Origin: Polyangiaceae bacterium | GTDB taxonomy: Bacteria; Myxococcota_A; Polyangia; Polyangiales; Polyangiaceae | DNA length: 64,000 nucleotides | Reading direction: 5' to 3' | NCBI GenBank assembly: GCA_044376115.1 | Contig: JBILLK010000011.1 | Span: 128,001 to 192,000 of the forward strand | Shown: positions 8,891 to 23,406 of the stretch, one piece after another | Layout: each line of letters begins with the position of its first letter | Position numbering within the stretch: the first letter of the stretch is position 1 | Made by a program: the position numbers and the translations under genes | The notes under the pieces: model-generated | What the model was told of the DNA's origin: nothing | The model's input: the letters and a program-made list of their open reading frames with translations, nothing else | The model's database searches: none

Positions 8891-10572
8891 CAGGCTTTGA
8901 CCTTGGCGGCTTTGCGCACGCGGCGCCGGTAGAAGATGAAAATCCCTGCGACCGCGGTCAAGAACGGGATCAGCACGACGACGTAGCGAAAGGTCTGCGT
9001 GAGCGCCTCTTCCGTCAGGCGAAGACCGGTGGTTTTGATCGGCTTGTCGGGGATGTCGAGGAACTGCTCGTGGCCGGCGAGCCAAGAGATGGCGCCGTCG
9101 GTAAATAGCGAGGTCCCGTACAGCTCAGGCGTGGTGAGAGTGGCTCCCCATAGCGGGACGGCCGAGGCGATCACCACCACGCGAGCTCCGCGATCTTTGC
9201 CGGGCAACTTCGGCCGTTCGGTCGCCGACGCGATGGTGAGAGGACCTTCGTTGTCGGAGGCGGTCGGGGTTAGATCGCGGTCGGCTTCACTGCGATTCCA
9301 GTAGTTCTTTGCGCCGAACGATTTCTTCGAGGTTTGCAGCAGCGGTTCGGGCTTGAGCGCTGAGCCGCTGTCGATGATCGAGCTGGCGAAGGCGAGCGAG
9401 GCGGTGATTCCTTTTTGCTCCTCTTCGATCAGCCGCGAGGTGACGGGGTGTGCGAGCGGCGATGCAAAGAAGATGGTGCCGTCGCCTCGGCTGCCGCGCA
9501 TCGCGGGCTCCCCTTCGAACACGATGTCTTCGTCGACCCTCACTCCGGCCGTTGCGATCACCTCGTCCAGCCCGAGCTTGACCCAGCTCTTGCGCGAGGC
9601 CTCGGGGACCGGCCAGACCACGATCAGCGCGTCGCCGCCCTTTTCGATGAAGTCCTTCATCGCTTGCGCGTGATCGGGGGGAACCGGTGCGCGCGGCGCT
9701 GCGACGACCAGCAGGTTGCAGTCAGCGAGCGGCGCTGCGCGCGTGTCCGCAGGGTCAAACACCGCTTGGACGTCGTAGTTGTTGGTGAGAAGGCGCTGCC
9801 GCACTTCGGCCATGCCCTCGAGCCCGCCCGCCTCGAGCGGTAGCTCGCCGTGGCCGGTGGTGAAGCAGACGGTGGTCTTCTTTTCGGCGCGGACTTGGCG
9901 AATGGCGCTGGTGATTGCGTACTCGAGCCGTGGACGCACGCGCATGTCTTCTGCGTCCTCCACTTTGTAGAACTCGGACTCGAGCACGTAGCGGTGGCTG
10001 TCGCCCTTGACGACGACCATGGCCGCGTTCACCTCGACGCGCCCACCCACCTCGTTGCTCAAGAGACCGTATTTTTTCCGCAGCTCGAACAGTCGCTCTT
10101 GATCGCGATCGGGATCGACGAACTCGATCTTCAGCTTGTCGGTGTGAACCGAGTAGGTATCCAAGATCTCTGCAACGCTGATGCCGGTCGCGTCTCCGCG
10201 CGGGAGCAGCACGAAGATGCTGACCTCCGAATCGAGACCGCGCAGCGTCTCGACCGTGCCGGTGGAGAGGGTGAACTCACCGCCCTTGGTGAAGTCCCAA
10301 CGGGTGAAGTGGCGACCCACATAAATGTTGGCTACCACCGCGAGCAGCACCGCTGCGGCCAAGGAGACCGAGGCTGAGATTTTGGTCGATAGCTCCGAAC
10401 CGCGAGCTTTGGCGCGGTCCGCCGCGGGTTCTTCCGCCGCGGGGCTCTCCGCTTCGGGCGATTCGGTGGCTTCACGTTCTGCGGCGTCAGGCTTGGCAGC
10501 TGCGCCTGGTGCGACTTTCCGCTTCTTCTTTTTCTTGGGCTTCGGCTGAAGCTCCTCGTCGTCTAGCCCCAT
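8890..10572 (-). CDS. GldG-family ABC transporter auxiliary/substrate-binding protein
   Basis: RWDFTKGGEFTLS, EFVDPD, FTTGHGE, GARVVV motifs, with N- and C-terminal TM helices. Confidence 0.88.
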   Translation of the reverse strand: MGLDDEELQPKPKKKKKRKVAPGAAAKPDAAEREATESPEAESPAAEEPAADRAKARGSELSTKISASVSLAAAVLLAVVANIYVGRHFTRWDFTKGGEFTLSTGTVETLRGLDSEVSIFVLLPRGDATGISVAEILDTYSVHTDKLKIEFVDPDRDQERLFELRKKYGLLSNEVGGRVEVNAAMVVVKGDSHRYVLESEFYKVEDAEDMRVRPRLEYAITSAIRQVRAEKKTTVCFTTGHGELPLEAGGLEGMAEVRQRLLTNNYDVQAVFDPADTRAAPLADCNLLVVAAPRAPVPPDHAQAMKDFIEKGGDALIVVWPVPEASRKSWVKLGLDEVIATAGVRVDEDIVFEGEPAMRGSRGDGTIFFASPLAHPVTSRLIEEEQKGITASLAFASSIIDSGSALKPEPLLQTSKKSFGAKNYWNRSEADRDLTPTASDNEGPLTIASATERPKLPGKDRGARVVVIASAVPLWGATLTTPELYGTSLFTDGAISWLAGHEQFLDIPDKPIKTTGLRLTEEALTQTFRYVVVLIPFLTAVAGIFIFYRRRVRKAAKVKA

Positions 10573-11309
10573 CGCCAGGCCTCCACGGTTCGGACGGTGG
10601 CAAACAGCGGCAGCACGATGAACGAGCCCCAAAACATGAGGCGGCGCGTATCGAGCAGACCGCGCGAGAGGTCATTCATCAAGGAGGAGACCGAGACGTG
10701 CTCGGCGGCCGAGCGCAGCGCACCTTCTTCGGCGATCGTCGAAAGGAAGCCGACCAAGAAGACCATCAGGATGAAGACCGCCGAACCGACCGCGGCCGAT
10801 AGCTGGTTCGTGGTGAGCGAGCTGGCCAGTGTCCCCACCGAGAGGTAGGCCCCACCAACCAAGAACACGCCGAGGTATCCGGTGCCGACGATGCGCCAAT
10901 CGATCTCGCCGAAGCGGCTGAGGATCACCATGTAAAGCAACGTTGGCGCCCACATGGCGAGGAACACCGTGAAGGTGGCGCCAAACTTTCCGAGCACGAT
11001 CGCCGCTGGGGTGCAGGGCGTCGTCATCAACGCTTCGATCGTTCCGGTGCGCCGTTCTTCCGCAAACAGCCGCATCGTTAGCACCGGGCAGATCAGCACC
11101 AGTGGGAAGTAGAAGAAGACCGAGCCACCAAAGAAGGTCTCGATCGGCCCCGCAGAGCGCACGACATCTTCTGCTGCGCCGAAGCTCACCAGCAAAAAGA
11201 AGAAGAACAGCCCCATGATGATCAAGAAGGCCGTTGAGACGACCCAGGCGATGGGCGTTACGACCAAGCTATGGAGCTCGCGTTTGAAGATCGGTACGAA
11301 GCCCATCAT
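10563..11309 (-). CDS. ABC transporter permease (GldF-like)
   Basis: IFKREL...TPIAW, LTMRLFAEERRTGTIEALMT, about 6 TM helices. Confidence 0.92.
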   Translation of the reverse strand: MMGFVPIFKRELHSLVVTPIAWVVSTAFLIIMGLFFFFLLVSFGAAEDVVRSAGPIETFFGGSVFFYFPLVLICPVLTMRLFAEERRTGTIEALMTTPCTPAAIVLGKFGATFTVFLAMWAPTLLYMVILSRFGEIDWRIVGTGYLGVFLVGGAYLSVGTLASSLTTNQLSAAVGSAVFILMVFLVGFLSTIAEEGALRSAAEHVSVSSLMNDLSRGLLDTRRLMFWGSFIVLPLFATVRTVEAWRWG

Positions 11310-12256
11310 GAGCGGCTCTCCATCGAAGCCTCGGTGAGCTTCGCAAACACGTGCTCGAGCCCGGATTGTGGCAGCACCTCGAGCACGCCGAGCTTGGCTT
11401 CACACAACGCGGCCACGCACTGCTCCACACCAACCTCGCCGAGCTCCGGATCGTTGAAGGCGACCGACGCTCGAACCGAACTTTGGTCGTAACGCTCCAC
11501 GCTCACCTTCTTCACTCCGCTCACTTGGCGCAGCGTCTGCTTGACCTCGGCCTCGCTGCCTCGCACGCGTACGCCCACCCCTTTGGGCTTTTGCAGCGCG
11601 CGCAGCTCTTCCAGCGTACCGTCGGCGACGAGCTCTCCGCGGGCGATCACGACAGCGCGTGAGCACACGGCCTCCACCTCCGAAAGAATGTGCGTCGAGA
11701 GCAGGATGGTGTGCTCTTCACTAAGCTCTTCAATGAGCGCACGGACCTCTCGAATCTGGTTCGGATCGAGCCCGGCCGTTGGTTCATCCAGGATCAGCAG
11801 CGGCGGGTTGGCGACCAACGCATCGGCGATGCCGACCCGTTGGCGAAAGCCCTTGGAAAGCTGGCCAATCAGCACATCGGCGACCTCGACGAGGTTGGCT
11901 GCCTCGAGCGATCGGCGCAAGTTGGAGGCGCGTTTGGCTCGCGGGACCCGCTTGAGTTCGGCCCGGAAGGCGAGGTACTCACGCACGCGCATCTCGGGAT
12001 AAAGCGGCGACGACTCGGGCATGTAGCCGAGCGACTCACGGGCTTTGTCTCCTTCATCGATCACGCTGAAGCCGTTGATCCAAGCCTCCCCGCTGGTGGC
12101 GCCCAAAAAACCAGAGAGCATGCGCAAGGTGGTGCTCTTGCCTGCGCCGTTGGGGCCGAGAAAGCCCACCACTTCGCCAGGGTGGACCTCGAAGGAAAGG
12201 TCTTTCACTGCGCGAAAAGGCCCATAGTCCTTGGACAGGCGCCGGGCCCGGATCAT
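11306..12256 (-). CDS. ABC transporter ATP-binding protein (GldA-like)
   Basis: Walker A GPNGAGKST, signature LSKGFRQR, Walker B LILDEPT, STHIL. Start MIRARRL at 12256. Confidence 0.95.
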   Translation of the reverse strand: MIRARRLSKDYGPFRAVKDLSFEVHPGEVVGFLGPNGAGKSTTLRMLSGFLGATSGEAWINGFSVIDEGDKARESLGYMPESSPLYPEMRVREYLAFRAELKRVPRAKRASNLRRSLEAANLVEVADVLIGQLSKGFRQRVGIADALVANPPLLILDEPTAGLDPNQIREVRALIEELSEEHTILLSTHILSEVEAVCSRAVVIARGELVADGTLEELRALQKPKGVGVRVRGSEAEVKQTLRQVSGVKKVSVERYDQSSVRASVAFNDPELGEVGVEQCVAALCEAKLGVLEVLPQSGLEHVFAKLTEASMESRS

Positions 12257-12273
12257 CGGTTCTTCGGCGCTCT

Positions 12274-12741
12274 TCACGTGCGCACTCGGAAATTGCCGGG
12301 AAACGTTCGGCCTACGTCGTCGGCGGTTGGGTCGGTCACGATGATCTCCGGCCGGCCGTTTTGCGCGTAGATGATCGTGTTTTGGCGAAAGACGCGGCCG
12401 AAGGCCATCGCTTCGTCGCGGTCCATCGAGTGGACCAGCCAAACCGGCTCGCGGAAGGGCCCTTCTCCGTCGCCCTCGCTGCCCAGCGCGGGCTCCACGC
12501 GGTAGCAGCCGACGATCAAGAGATCCCTCAGCATCATGTGCCGTCCTTCATTGACTCGCCGCGGCAGCAGCATCGAACGGGGATTGTAGGCTGTCAGCAG
12601 CGCGAACCGCTTGGTCAGGAGCTCCGGCAAGGTTCCGGGATCCACAGTGTTTTCACCGTCGAGTGAGACTCGCAGCGGTGCGTCGCGAGAGGGCAGCTCG
12701 TAGACGGTTGAGTAGTAACCGCGCAGAAGGACCTGATCCAT
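12274..12741 (-). CDS. DUF3293-like protein
   Basis: FALLTAYNPRS...N...E...AMAFGRVFRQNTI pattern. Confidence 0.7.
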   Translation of the reverse strand: MDQVLLRGYYSTVYELPSRDAPLRVSLDGENTVDPGTLPELLTKRFALLTAYNPRSMLLPRRVNEGRHMMLRDLLIVGCYRVEPALGSEGDGEGPFREPVWLVHSMDRDEAMAFGRVFRQNTIIYAQNGRPEIIVTDPTADDVGRTFPGNFRVRT

Positions 12742-12824
12742 ACCGAGCGATGGGTAGCATTGGCGGGGCGTGGGCTGTAGTCCCGACTTGCCCAAAGAAT
12801 CGCAACCTCGCTACTGTCCCGGAC

Positions 12825-13295
12825 GTGCACCAAGTCGCTCGCCTGGTTGGCTCCGCGGGGGTCCTTCGCAAGACGCTCTGCGGCGTCTTTGGCGTAGGGT
12901 TCGCGCTGGCGCTAGCGGCCTGTGATGGGCCAAAACACGCTGAATGCGAGAAGTTGATGGGGGTGATCAATCGCGGTTTGGACCAGATTGAGACCAGCCA
13001 GCAACAGCTCAAAAACAATCCCGACCGGACGGTTGAGCTGCGAGCGATGGCTGACGCGCTCGAGAAGTTGGCCGCCGAGGCTGGCGCGGTGCCCTTGGAG
13101 ACGCCCGAGCTGCGTGAACTCTCTGGCCGCTACCAGAAAATGGCCAAAGAAGCCGCGCTGCATGCACGCGCCCTGGCTGACGCCGAGAAGGAAAAGAAGC
13201 TCGAGGACGTCAAAAAGGCGAAGACCAGCCTGAACGAGACCTTCAAGCTCGAAGATCCGATCGTGCTCGATCTCAACAAGACCTGCGCGCGCTGA
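12825..13295 (+). CDS. Hypothetical helical lipoprotein
   Basis: LALAAC lipobox followed by a coiled-coil-like region and a C-terminal Cys. Start uncertain. Confidence 0.7.
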   Translation: MHQVARLVGSAGVLRKTLCGVFGVGFALALAACDGPKHAECEKLMGVINRGLDQIETSQQQLKNNPDRTVELRAMADALEKLAAEAGAVPLETPELRELSGRYQKMAKEAALHARALADAEKEKKLEDVKKAKTSLNETFKLEDPIVLDLNKTCAR

Positions 13296-13327
13296 AAATT
13301 GGTCCGCTGGGCAACGAGCCGGAACGT

Positions 13328-14023
13328 TCAGGCGCCGAAGCGGTAGCCGACGCCGCGCACCGTCAGCAGGTGCTTGGGGCTCTGGGTGTCGTCTTCCAAC
13401 TTCGAGCGCAACTGGAGGATGAAGTTGTCGATCGTGCGGGGCGTTCCGTGATGGGAGGGGCCCCAAACGCGGGTCTGGATCTGTTCACGGGACAGCACCT
13501 TACCCTCCGCGCGAATCAAGCACAGAAGGACGTCGAATTCGGTGGCCGTAAGTTCAACACGAGCTCCAGCGCGAGTGACTTCGCGAGCGTCGACGTCGAT
13601 ATCGATGTCGCCGTAGCGGCGCGACGACTGCGGACGCCGAGCGATGGCGTCCCGCCTCAACACAGCCTTCACTCGCGCCAAGAGCTCAGCCAGACCAAAC
13701 GGCTTGGTGATGTAGTCCTCGGCCCCGAGCTCGAGCCCCATGACTTTGTCCATCTCTGCTCCCCGCGCCGAGAGCATGATGACCGGCACGCTCGAGCCCT
13801 CCTGCCGCAGGGTGCGCACCACCTCGAAGCCGTTCAATTTGGGCAGCATCACGTCAAGTACGACGAGGTCCACGCCTTGACGTGCAAGCGCCAGACCTTG
13901 TTCGCCATCGGCTGCGAGTTGTACTGAGTACCCTTCTGCCGAGAGGTTCATCTCGAGCCCCATGGCGATGCTCGGATCATCCTCGACGACCAAAACCGTC
14001 TTGCTGTTGTTCGGCGGGCTCAC
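13328..14023 (-). CDS. OmpR/PhoB-family response regulator
   Basis: VLVVEDD, LDVMLP, DYITKPF, winged-helix region ending LTVRGVGYRF. Confidence 0.96.
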   Translation of the reverse strand: MSPPNNSKTVLVVEDDPSIAMGLEMNLSAEGYSVQLAADGEQGLALARQGVDLVVLDVMLPKLNGFEVVRTLRQEGSSVPVIMLSARGAEMDKVMGLELGAEDYITKPFGLAELLARVKAVLRRDAIARRPQSSRRYGDIDIDVDAREVTRAGARVELTATEFDVLLCLIRAEGKVLSREQIQTRVWGPSHHGTPRTIDNFILQLRSKLEDDTQSPKHLLTVRGVGYRFGA

Positions 14024-14952
14024 GTTGTCTCCGTCTTTGCTTCTGTGAAGAGCGCTTCGGTGACTGGGCGCTTCCTTGGAAAGGAGAGCGTGAAGGCGCT
14101 TCCGCTGCCGCGCGTGCTCTCGACCTCGACTTTGCCGCGATGGGCTTTCATGACGTGTTGGACGATGGCCAAGCCGAGCCCTGAGCCCTCCCGCTTGCGA
14201 GTGAGCTTGTCGTCGACACGGTAGAACTTGAGAAAGATGCGTTTGTGCTCACCCCGTTCAATGCCGATGCCGTTGTCCCGCACGCAGATGCTCACGTCCT
14301 CCTTGCTGGCGCTGACCTGGATGGTGACTTTGCACGGTGAGCCGCCATATTTGTAGGCGTTCGAGAGCAGGTTCACCAACACGTCGACGATGGCTGCGCG
14401 ATCACAAACCAGCGCGGGCAAGTCCTTCATGAACTCGGTCTTGCATTCGACATCGCGCCCTGTGCGCGTGGGCTCGAAGGACTGAATCGCCTCATCGACG
14501 ACCGCTTGAACATCGTGCGGAGCGAGCTCATAGGTTCGCATACCGCTCTCCATCTTGCCCCAGTCGAGCAGCCGGTCGATCAGCACTTGCAAACGTGCGC
14601 TCTCGCGATCGAGAGCCTCGATGCAGCGCTCCTCCGACTTCAGATCGCCACGCCGCAACTTCAGCGTTTCAGCGAACATTCGAATGGAGGTCAGCGGCGT
14701 TCGAAGCTCGTGGCTCACCTTGGAGACGAAGTCGGCTTGGAGTTCGGAGAGGTTGCGCTCGCGGCGCACGAACACCCAAACCAGGATGACGCCGGTGACG
14801 AGGGTGCCGGTGAAGGTCAGCACCAGAATCCCCATCAACAGCGTGAGCGCCGCTTCACCGACGAAGAGCAGCAGCACGCCGATCGCCGACAGCAATACCG
14901 CGGGCACGATCCCGAGGTAGACCAGAAGCAGAACGATGCGCCGGTAGCCCAC
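14020..14952 (-). CDS. Sensor histidine kinase with two closely spaced TM helices
   Basis: H-box SHELRTPLT, N-box NLLSNAYKY, G-boxes DNGIGI and GSGLGL. Confidence 0.95.
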   Translation of the reverse strand: MGYRRIVLLLVYLGIVPAVLLSAIGVLLLFVGEAALTLLMGILVLTFTGTLVTGVILVWVFVRRERNLSELQADFVSKVSHELRTPLTSIRMFAETLKLRRGDLKSEERCIEALDRESARLQVLIDRLLDWGKMESGMRTYELAPHDVQAVVDEAIQSFEPTRTGRDVECKTEFMKDLPALVCDRAAIVDVLVNLLSNAYKYGGSPCKVTIQVSASKEDVSICVRDNGIGIERGEHKRIFLKFYRVDDKLTRKREGSGLGLAIVQHVMKAHRGKVEVESTRGSGSAFTLSFPRKRPVTEALFTEAKTETT

Positions 14953-14958
14953 GCTGGC

Positions 14959-16278
14959 TCAGCTCTCGGTGGCTGTTCCGTCGATGCGAGAGATCACCAG
15001 CGCTTCTTCCGCTGGGCACTCGTCTCCGATGCTGAAAGCGCCGAGCACCCGCGCCACATTGGCGTCGGACTCCTTGCGCACCCGCAATACCGCTAGCACT
15101 TCTCCCGCGCGCACGGCCTGACCAGGCTTCCTCTCGAGGTGAATGCCAACGCCGTGATCCACCGCCTGGTCCGCGCGGGTTCTGCCAGCGCCCATGGCGA
15201 CCGCTGTGAGCCCAAGCTCGAGTGCGTCGAGACTGCGCACAAAGCCCGAACGATCGGCCTTCACCGCGACCTCGACCTCAGCCTGTGCCAGGAGCTCGGG
15301 TTTGCGTACCACGCGAGCATCGCCGCCTTGTGCTGCCACCATGCGCTCCATCAGCTCGGCTGCGGCACCGGTCTCAATCGCTCGCTGAAGGCTTGCTCGC
15401 GCAGTCGCTCGGTCTTGTGCGGCCTTCCCGACCACGAGCATCTCCTCTCCTAAGGCCAAGGTGCACTCGACGAGGTCCGCGGGACCGCCGCCGGCCAGAA
15501 CCTGAAAAGCCTCCTGGGTCTCATTCGCGTTGCCGATGGTGAGCCCGAGCGGCGTGTCCATGCGCGTGAGCAGCGCCGAGACGCTTTTACCCGCGGCTAC
15601 GCCCACGCGAACGAGCGCGTTCGCCAACGTTTGCGCGGCCGGTAACGACTTCATGAAGGCGCCTCGCCCGACCTTCACGTCGAGCACGAGGCCGTCGATG
15701 CCCTCTGCGAGCTTCTTCGACAAGATGCTCGCAACGATCAGCGGCACCGACTCCACCGTCGCAGTGACGTCGCGCAGCGCGTAGATCCGCTTGTCCGCCG
15801 GAGCGATGCGGGCCGTCTGCCCGATCATCGCCGTGCCGATCTCACGCACCAGTTTGCGAAAGTTCGCCTCGTCCAGCGTCACCGAGAAGCCTGGAATTGC
15901 CTCCAACTTGTCGAGCGTGCCACCGGTGTGACCAAGGCCGCGGCCCGAGACCATCGGCACGCGCACCCCGCAGGCCGCGACCAGGGGCGCGAGACAGAGC
16001 GAGACCTTGTCGCCAACTCCGCCGGTCGAGTGCTTGTCTACTTTGGCGCCGGGCACGTCGCTCAGATCCAGCACGTCGCCGGAGTGGAGCATGGCCTGCG
16101 TCAAGGCGACCGTTTCTGCGTCGCTCATCCCGCGGAAGAAGACCGCCATCAGCCAAGCTGACAATTGGTAGTCCGCGAGCTCTCCGGAGGTGAACGCCGT
16201 AATGATTCTGGCGATCTCGTCCCCCGAGTGCTCTCCGCCATCCCGCTTCTTTGCGATCAACTCGACCAGGCTGTGCAC
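14959..16278 (-). CDS. pdp: Pyrimidine-nucleoside/thymidine phosphorylase
   Basis: VDKHSTGGVGDK, SGRGLGHTGGTLDKLE, YALRDVT, SKKLAEG. Confidence 0.93.
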   Translation of the reverse strand: MHSLVELIAKKRDGGEHSGDEIARIITAFTSGELADYQLSAWLMAVFFRGMSDAETVALTQAMLHSGDVLDLSDVPGAKVDKHSTGGVGDKVSLCLAPLVAACGVRVPMVSGRGLGHTGGTLDKLEAIPGFSVTLDEANFRKLVREIGTAMIGQTARIAPADKRIYALRDVTATVESVPLIVASILSKKLAEGIDGLVLDVKVGRGAFMKSLPAAQTLANALVRVGVAAGKSVSALLTRMDTPLGLTIGNANETQEAFQVLAGGGPADLVECTLALGEEMLVVGKAAQDRATARASLQRAIETGAAAELMERMVAAQGGDARVVRKPELLAQAEVEVAVKADRSGFVRSLDALELGLTAVAMGAGRTRADQAVDHGVGIHLERKPGQAVRAGEVLAVLRVRKESDANVARVLGAFSIGDECPAEEALVISRIDGTATES

Positions 16279-16348
16279 GCGTTTCTCCTTCCGTTCACCA
16301 TCCGCTCGTAAGGGAGCCGAATCAAGCGCGATGTCGAGTCCGACTCAG

Positions 16349-16396
16349 AAGCGAGAACGGGAGAGCGTGCTGTCCGCCCTCCCGCTTCCATCGCTT
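16349..16396 (-). terminator. Imperfect GC-rich stem-loop just downstream of the Cys-rich operon (terminator or mRNA stabiliser)
   Basis: CGGGAGAGCG (16358-16367) pairs with CGCCCTCCCG (16375-16384), extended by AAGCGA/TCGCTT. No long U-tract on the minus strand. Confidence 0.45.
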
Positions 16397-16411
16397 TTAT
16401 GCCGACACGCG

Positions 16412-19170
16412 CTACAGCGTTGGGTTCTGCGTGAAGCAGCAGCGGAAGCCAGTGTCGAAGAACTTGAACTCGTCATCCACGTTGTAGAACGTGAAATCGC
16501 AGGTCGAGCCAGCCTCCGCCGCTGAGTTGAACGCCCCGCCCATCAGGGTGTAGGTCGTGGCGTTCAAACGAGTGATCTCTCGAAGATTGCCGGTGATGTC
16601 GAACAATCGCCCGTTTACGCCGGCGGGGTTGGTCTGCAAGTTCTCCCAGGGTGACCAGCAGTTTTGAAGCAGCGCCGAGCCTGTGGCTAGCAGGCCGTCT
16701 TGGTCTCCGGCGACTCCGCTGTTGAAGTCGAAGCTGGGACCAAGGTTGCAGTACTTCGACGCCGTGAACGAGGACGTGCAAGCGGCCGCGTTGGCTGCGT
16801 AGCCGAAGGTGCAATCGGCGCCAGCGAGCGGGTTCACGCGGCAGGCGTCACGCCATTGCGTTTGCGTGCAGATGCTACCGCCGGCGGCGATGCACGTCTG
16901 CTCTACCTCGTCGGGAGTGACGTTGAACCAGGGAATTCGCGCGGGCTCGGAGCAGCTGGGCGTCTGGTCTTGAGTGGTTGCTGGCGGCGAACTCGTCCAA
17001 TAGCCGTTGCCAAATCCCGGTACGGTGGAGCTCGAGTTGGGCCGGCTTGCCTCGTGTTGGTAGATCCAAAGGCTGTTCGCCAAGCGGATCACTCGCGGCC
17101 TGTAGAAGTTTGCGGCGTTGGTGCCCTTATTGTTGAAGGTCTCGTCGGTTAGACCGTCACAATCATTGTCTACGCCGTCGCATACTTCGGTGCAGCCACC
17201 GGGGAGGGACGCGCAGTTGGCGGGCATCGCCGAACAGGTCGTGGTCGAACCGGAGGCGCAAACCTTGGTGCCGGTGGTCCGACAGGCGCCATCACCAAGC
17301 GGGTCACCGTCATCACTGGCGCAGGGCGCACCGAAGTCCGGCACGTTCTCGTTGAGGAAGCCATCGCAGTCGTTGTCGAGGCCGTCGCAGGTCTCGTCGT
17401 TGGGGGAGCAACCACCGACGCAGACTCCGGCGGGGAAGTTGCATTGCCAACCACCTGCAACGCAGGCCACCATCACGCCGGTGGTGCACTCCGGCCGCGA
17501 CGCCGCAGCAGCAACTCCGCAAACCTGCTTCGGTGACGGCGCCACGACGCCCTCATCCGTTTGGCCGTTGCAGTTGTCATCTTGGCCGTTGCAGGCCTCC
17601 TGCGCCGAAACGAAGGTGCACGCGTATTCACACGTGCCGTTGTTGTCGAGGTCAAAGAAGCCTGGCAAACAGGCGTTGAAGACGCACTGGCTGTTGACGC
17701 AATTGAAGCTGGCGTTGACGGCGCCGGCGTTGCAGTTGTTGCCGCACATACCGCAGTTGGCGACGCTGTTCGTCAAGTTTGGTTGATTGGTGAGCGAGCC
17801 GTCGCAGTTGGCGTCGACACCGCAAGTGTCTCCCACCGAGGTGGGGCCAACCGAGCCGACACACTGCACAGTTCCACCGATGCACGCGCGAGTGCCCGCC
17901 ATGCAGGGCGAGGTTGCGCCTGCGGGCGGTGGAATGGGCACGTTGCAGGTGCCCATCGCGTCCATCGGCGGATTGCCGCCGGCCAAGTCAATGTCGCCGT
18001 CGCAGTTGTCGTCTTGGCCGTTGCAAGTCTCCGTTCCCGGATTGATCGCTCCTTGGCACGAGAGCGACCCAGCGACGCACTGCAACGTTCCGAAGGTGCA
18101 GGGGAAGATGTTGCTGATGCCGCAGGGAGCGCCAGCGTCGGTCGGCGAGTTGTCCGTCAGACCGTCACAGTTGTTGTCGACGTTGTCGCAGGTCTCCAGC
18201 TGGTCATTCTCGAACAGGACGTTCGCGCCGGTGCAGGTTACGGTGCCGTTGACGCAGGCGGTGATGCCAGCGTTCGCGATTTGGGCGCACTCACCGTCCG
18301 GATCCCCGAAGCACTGCACGCCGATCGCGGGATCATTCGAGAGGTCATCCGCCGAGTCGATCAGGCCGTCACAGTCGTTGTCGACTTGGTCCCCGCAAAC
18401 TTCGGGGCCCGTAGCGACGCAGGCGTACTCACAGCCCGTCGCATACACTCCGTCGAGATCGACGAACCCAGGGTCGCAAGTATCGATTGCGCACTCGGTG
18501 TTGGTCTCGTCGCAGTTTGGCGGGTTGTCCGCTACGCAGATGGTGACTGCATTCGCTGCGTTGCAGATACCGCCGCACTTACCGCAGTTTTGCTCGTCGG
18601 TGCACTTGTCGACCGCGTCGTCGATGACGCCGTCGCAGTTATCGTCCTTGTTGTTGCAGACGGTGTCGGGGCCAGCAAAAACGCAGTAGTACTCGCAGGA
18701 GAGGCCGTCCCCGTCGAGATCTTGGTAGTCGGCTGCACACATGCCGGAGCATTCACCAGGGACCTCTCCTGGCTGTGTGCTCGGTGCACATTCAACCGTC
18801 GCCGGGTCAACGTTGGTGAGGGCGAGATAGCAGTTGTTGCTGCACGTACCGCACGTCTTCGGATCCGCGTAGTCGATGTCAGCGACGTCATCGATGACCG
18901 CATTGCAGTCATTGTCGACGCCGTCGCAAACTTCGATCCCGCCTTCGGTTGGCTCACAGCCGCCGCTACCGCCGCTGCCGCCGCCGCCGACGAACACACC
19001 GGAACTGCCTCCGGTGAAGCCCGCTCCGTTTCCGCCTGCTCCACCCGCCGCTCCGTTTCCGCCAGCGGCTTGGTTTCCGCCGTCCTCACAGTCGCGGAAG
19101 CAGAAGGCCTGCGTGTCACAGGCGGTCGAAAGAAGGGACGCAACGAGCAGGCCCCATTGGAATTTCGTGC

Positions 19171-19174
<4 letters not shown>
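16412..19174 (-). CDS. Cys-rich surface lipoprotein with ~9 MopE-like metal-binding repeats and a C-terminal FGE/SUMF1 (C-type-lectin fold)-like domain
   Basis: STAC lipobox, repeats E-x-C-D/N-G-x-D-N/D-x-C-D-G, NCG-x-CG-x-x-C motifs, and C-terminal PWFNVT...LFDITGNLRE...GG...GFRCC. Confidence 0.85.
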
Positions 19175-23166
<3,992 letters not shown>

Positions 23167-23406
23167 GATGACTCCTCCTGGCTCGACGACGAGCTGCTCT
23201 CGTGCGTCGCCCTAGGCAGCACGCCGTTCGAGACGACGCGCGCATGGTCCGGGTTGTGAAACTGAAGCAGAAGCAAGCGTGGGGCTCGGCGCGAACGCCA
23301 ATCCTCAGACTGAGAGGAGAGCACAGCCGCGTGGAAACTATCAAGTCCCCGCCCAACAATTGCCGAACGCTAGTGGCCAGGTCGCTTGTCGGTTAGTGAA
23401 GGTCCC

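Noticed and set aside
8891..9085. N-terminal extension of the 825-aa ORF
   Set aside because: It overlaps the GldG-like gene out of frame. The coupled ATG at 8890 is the more plausible start.
16412..16620. Diversity-generating retroelement target (CLec/FGE fold ending GFRCC)
   Set aside because: I saw no template repeat copy, reverse transcriptase or avd gene in the window. A remote DGR elsewhere cannot be excluded.
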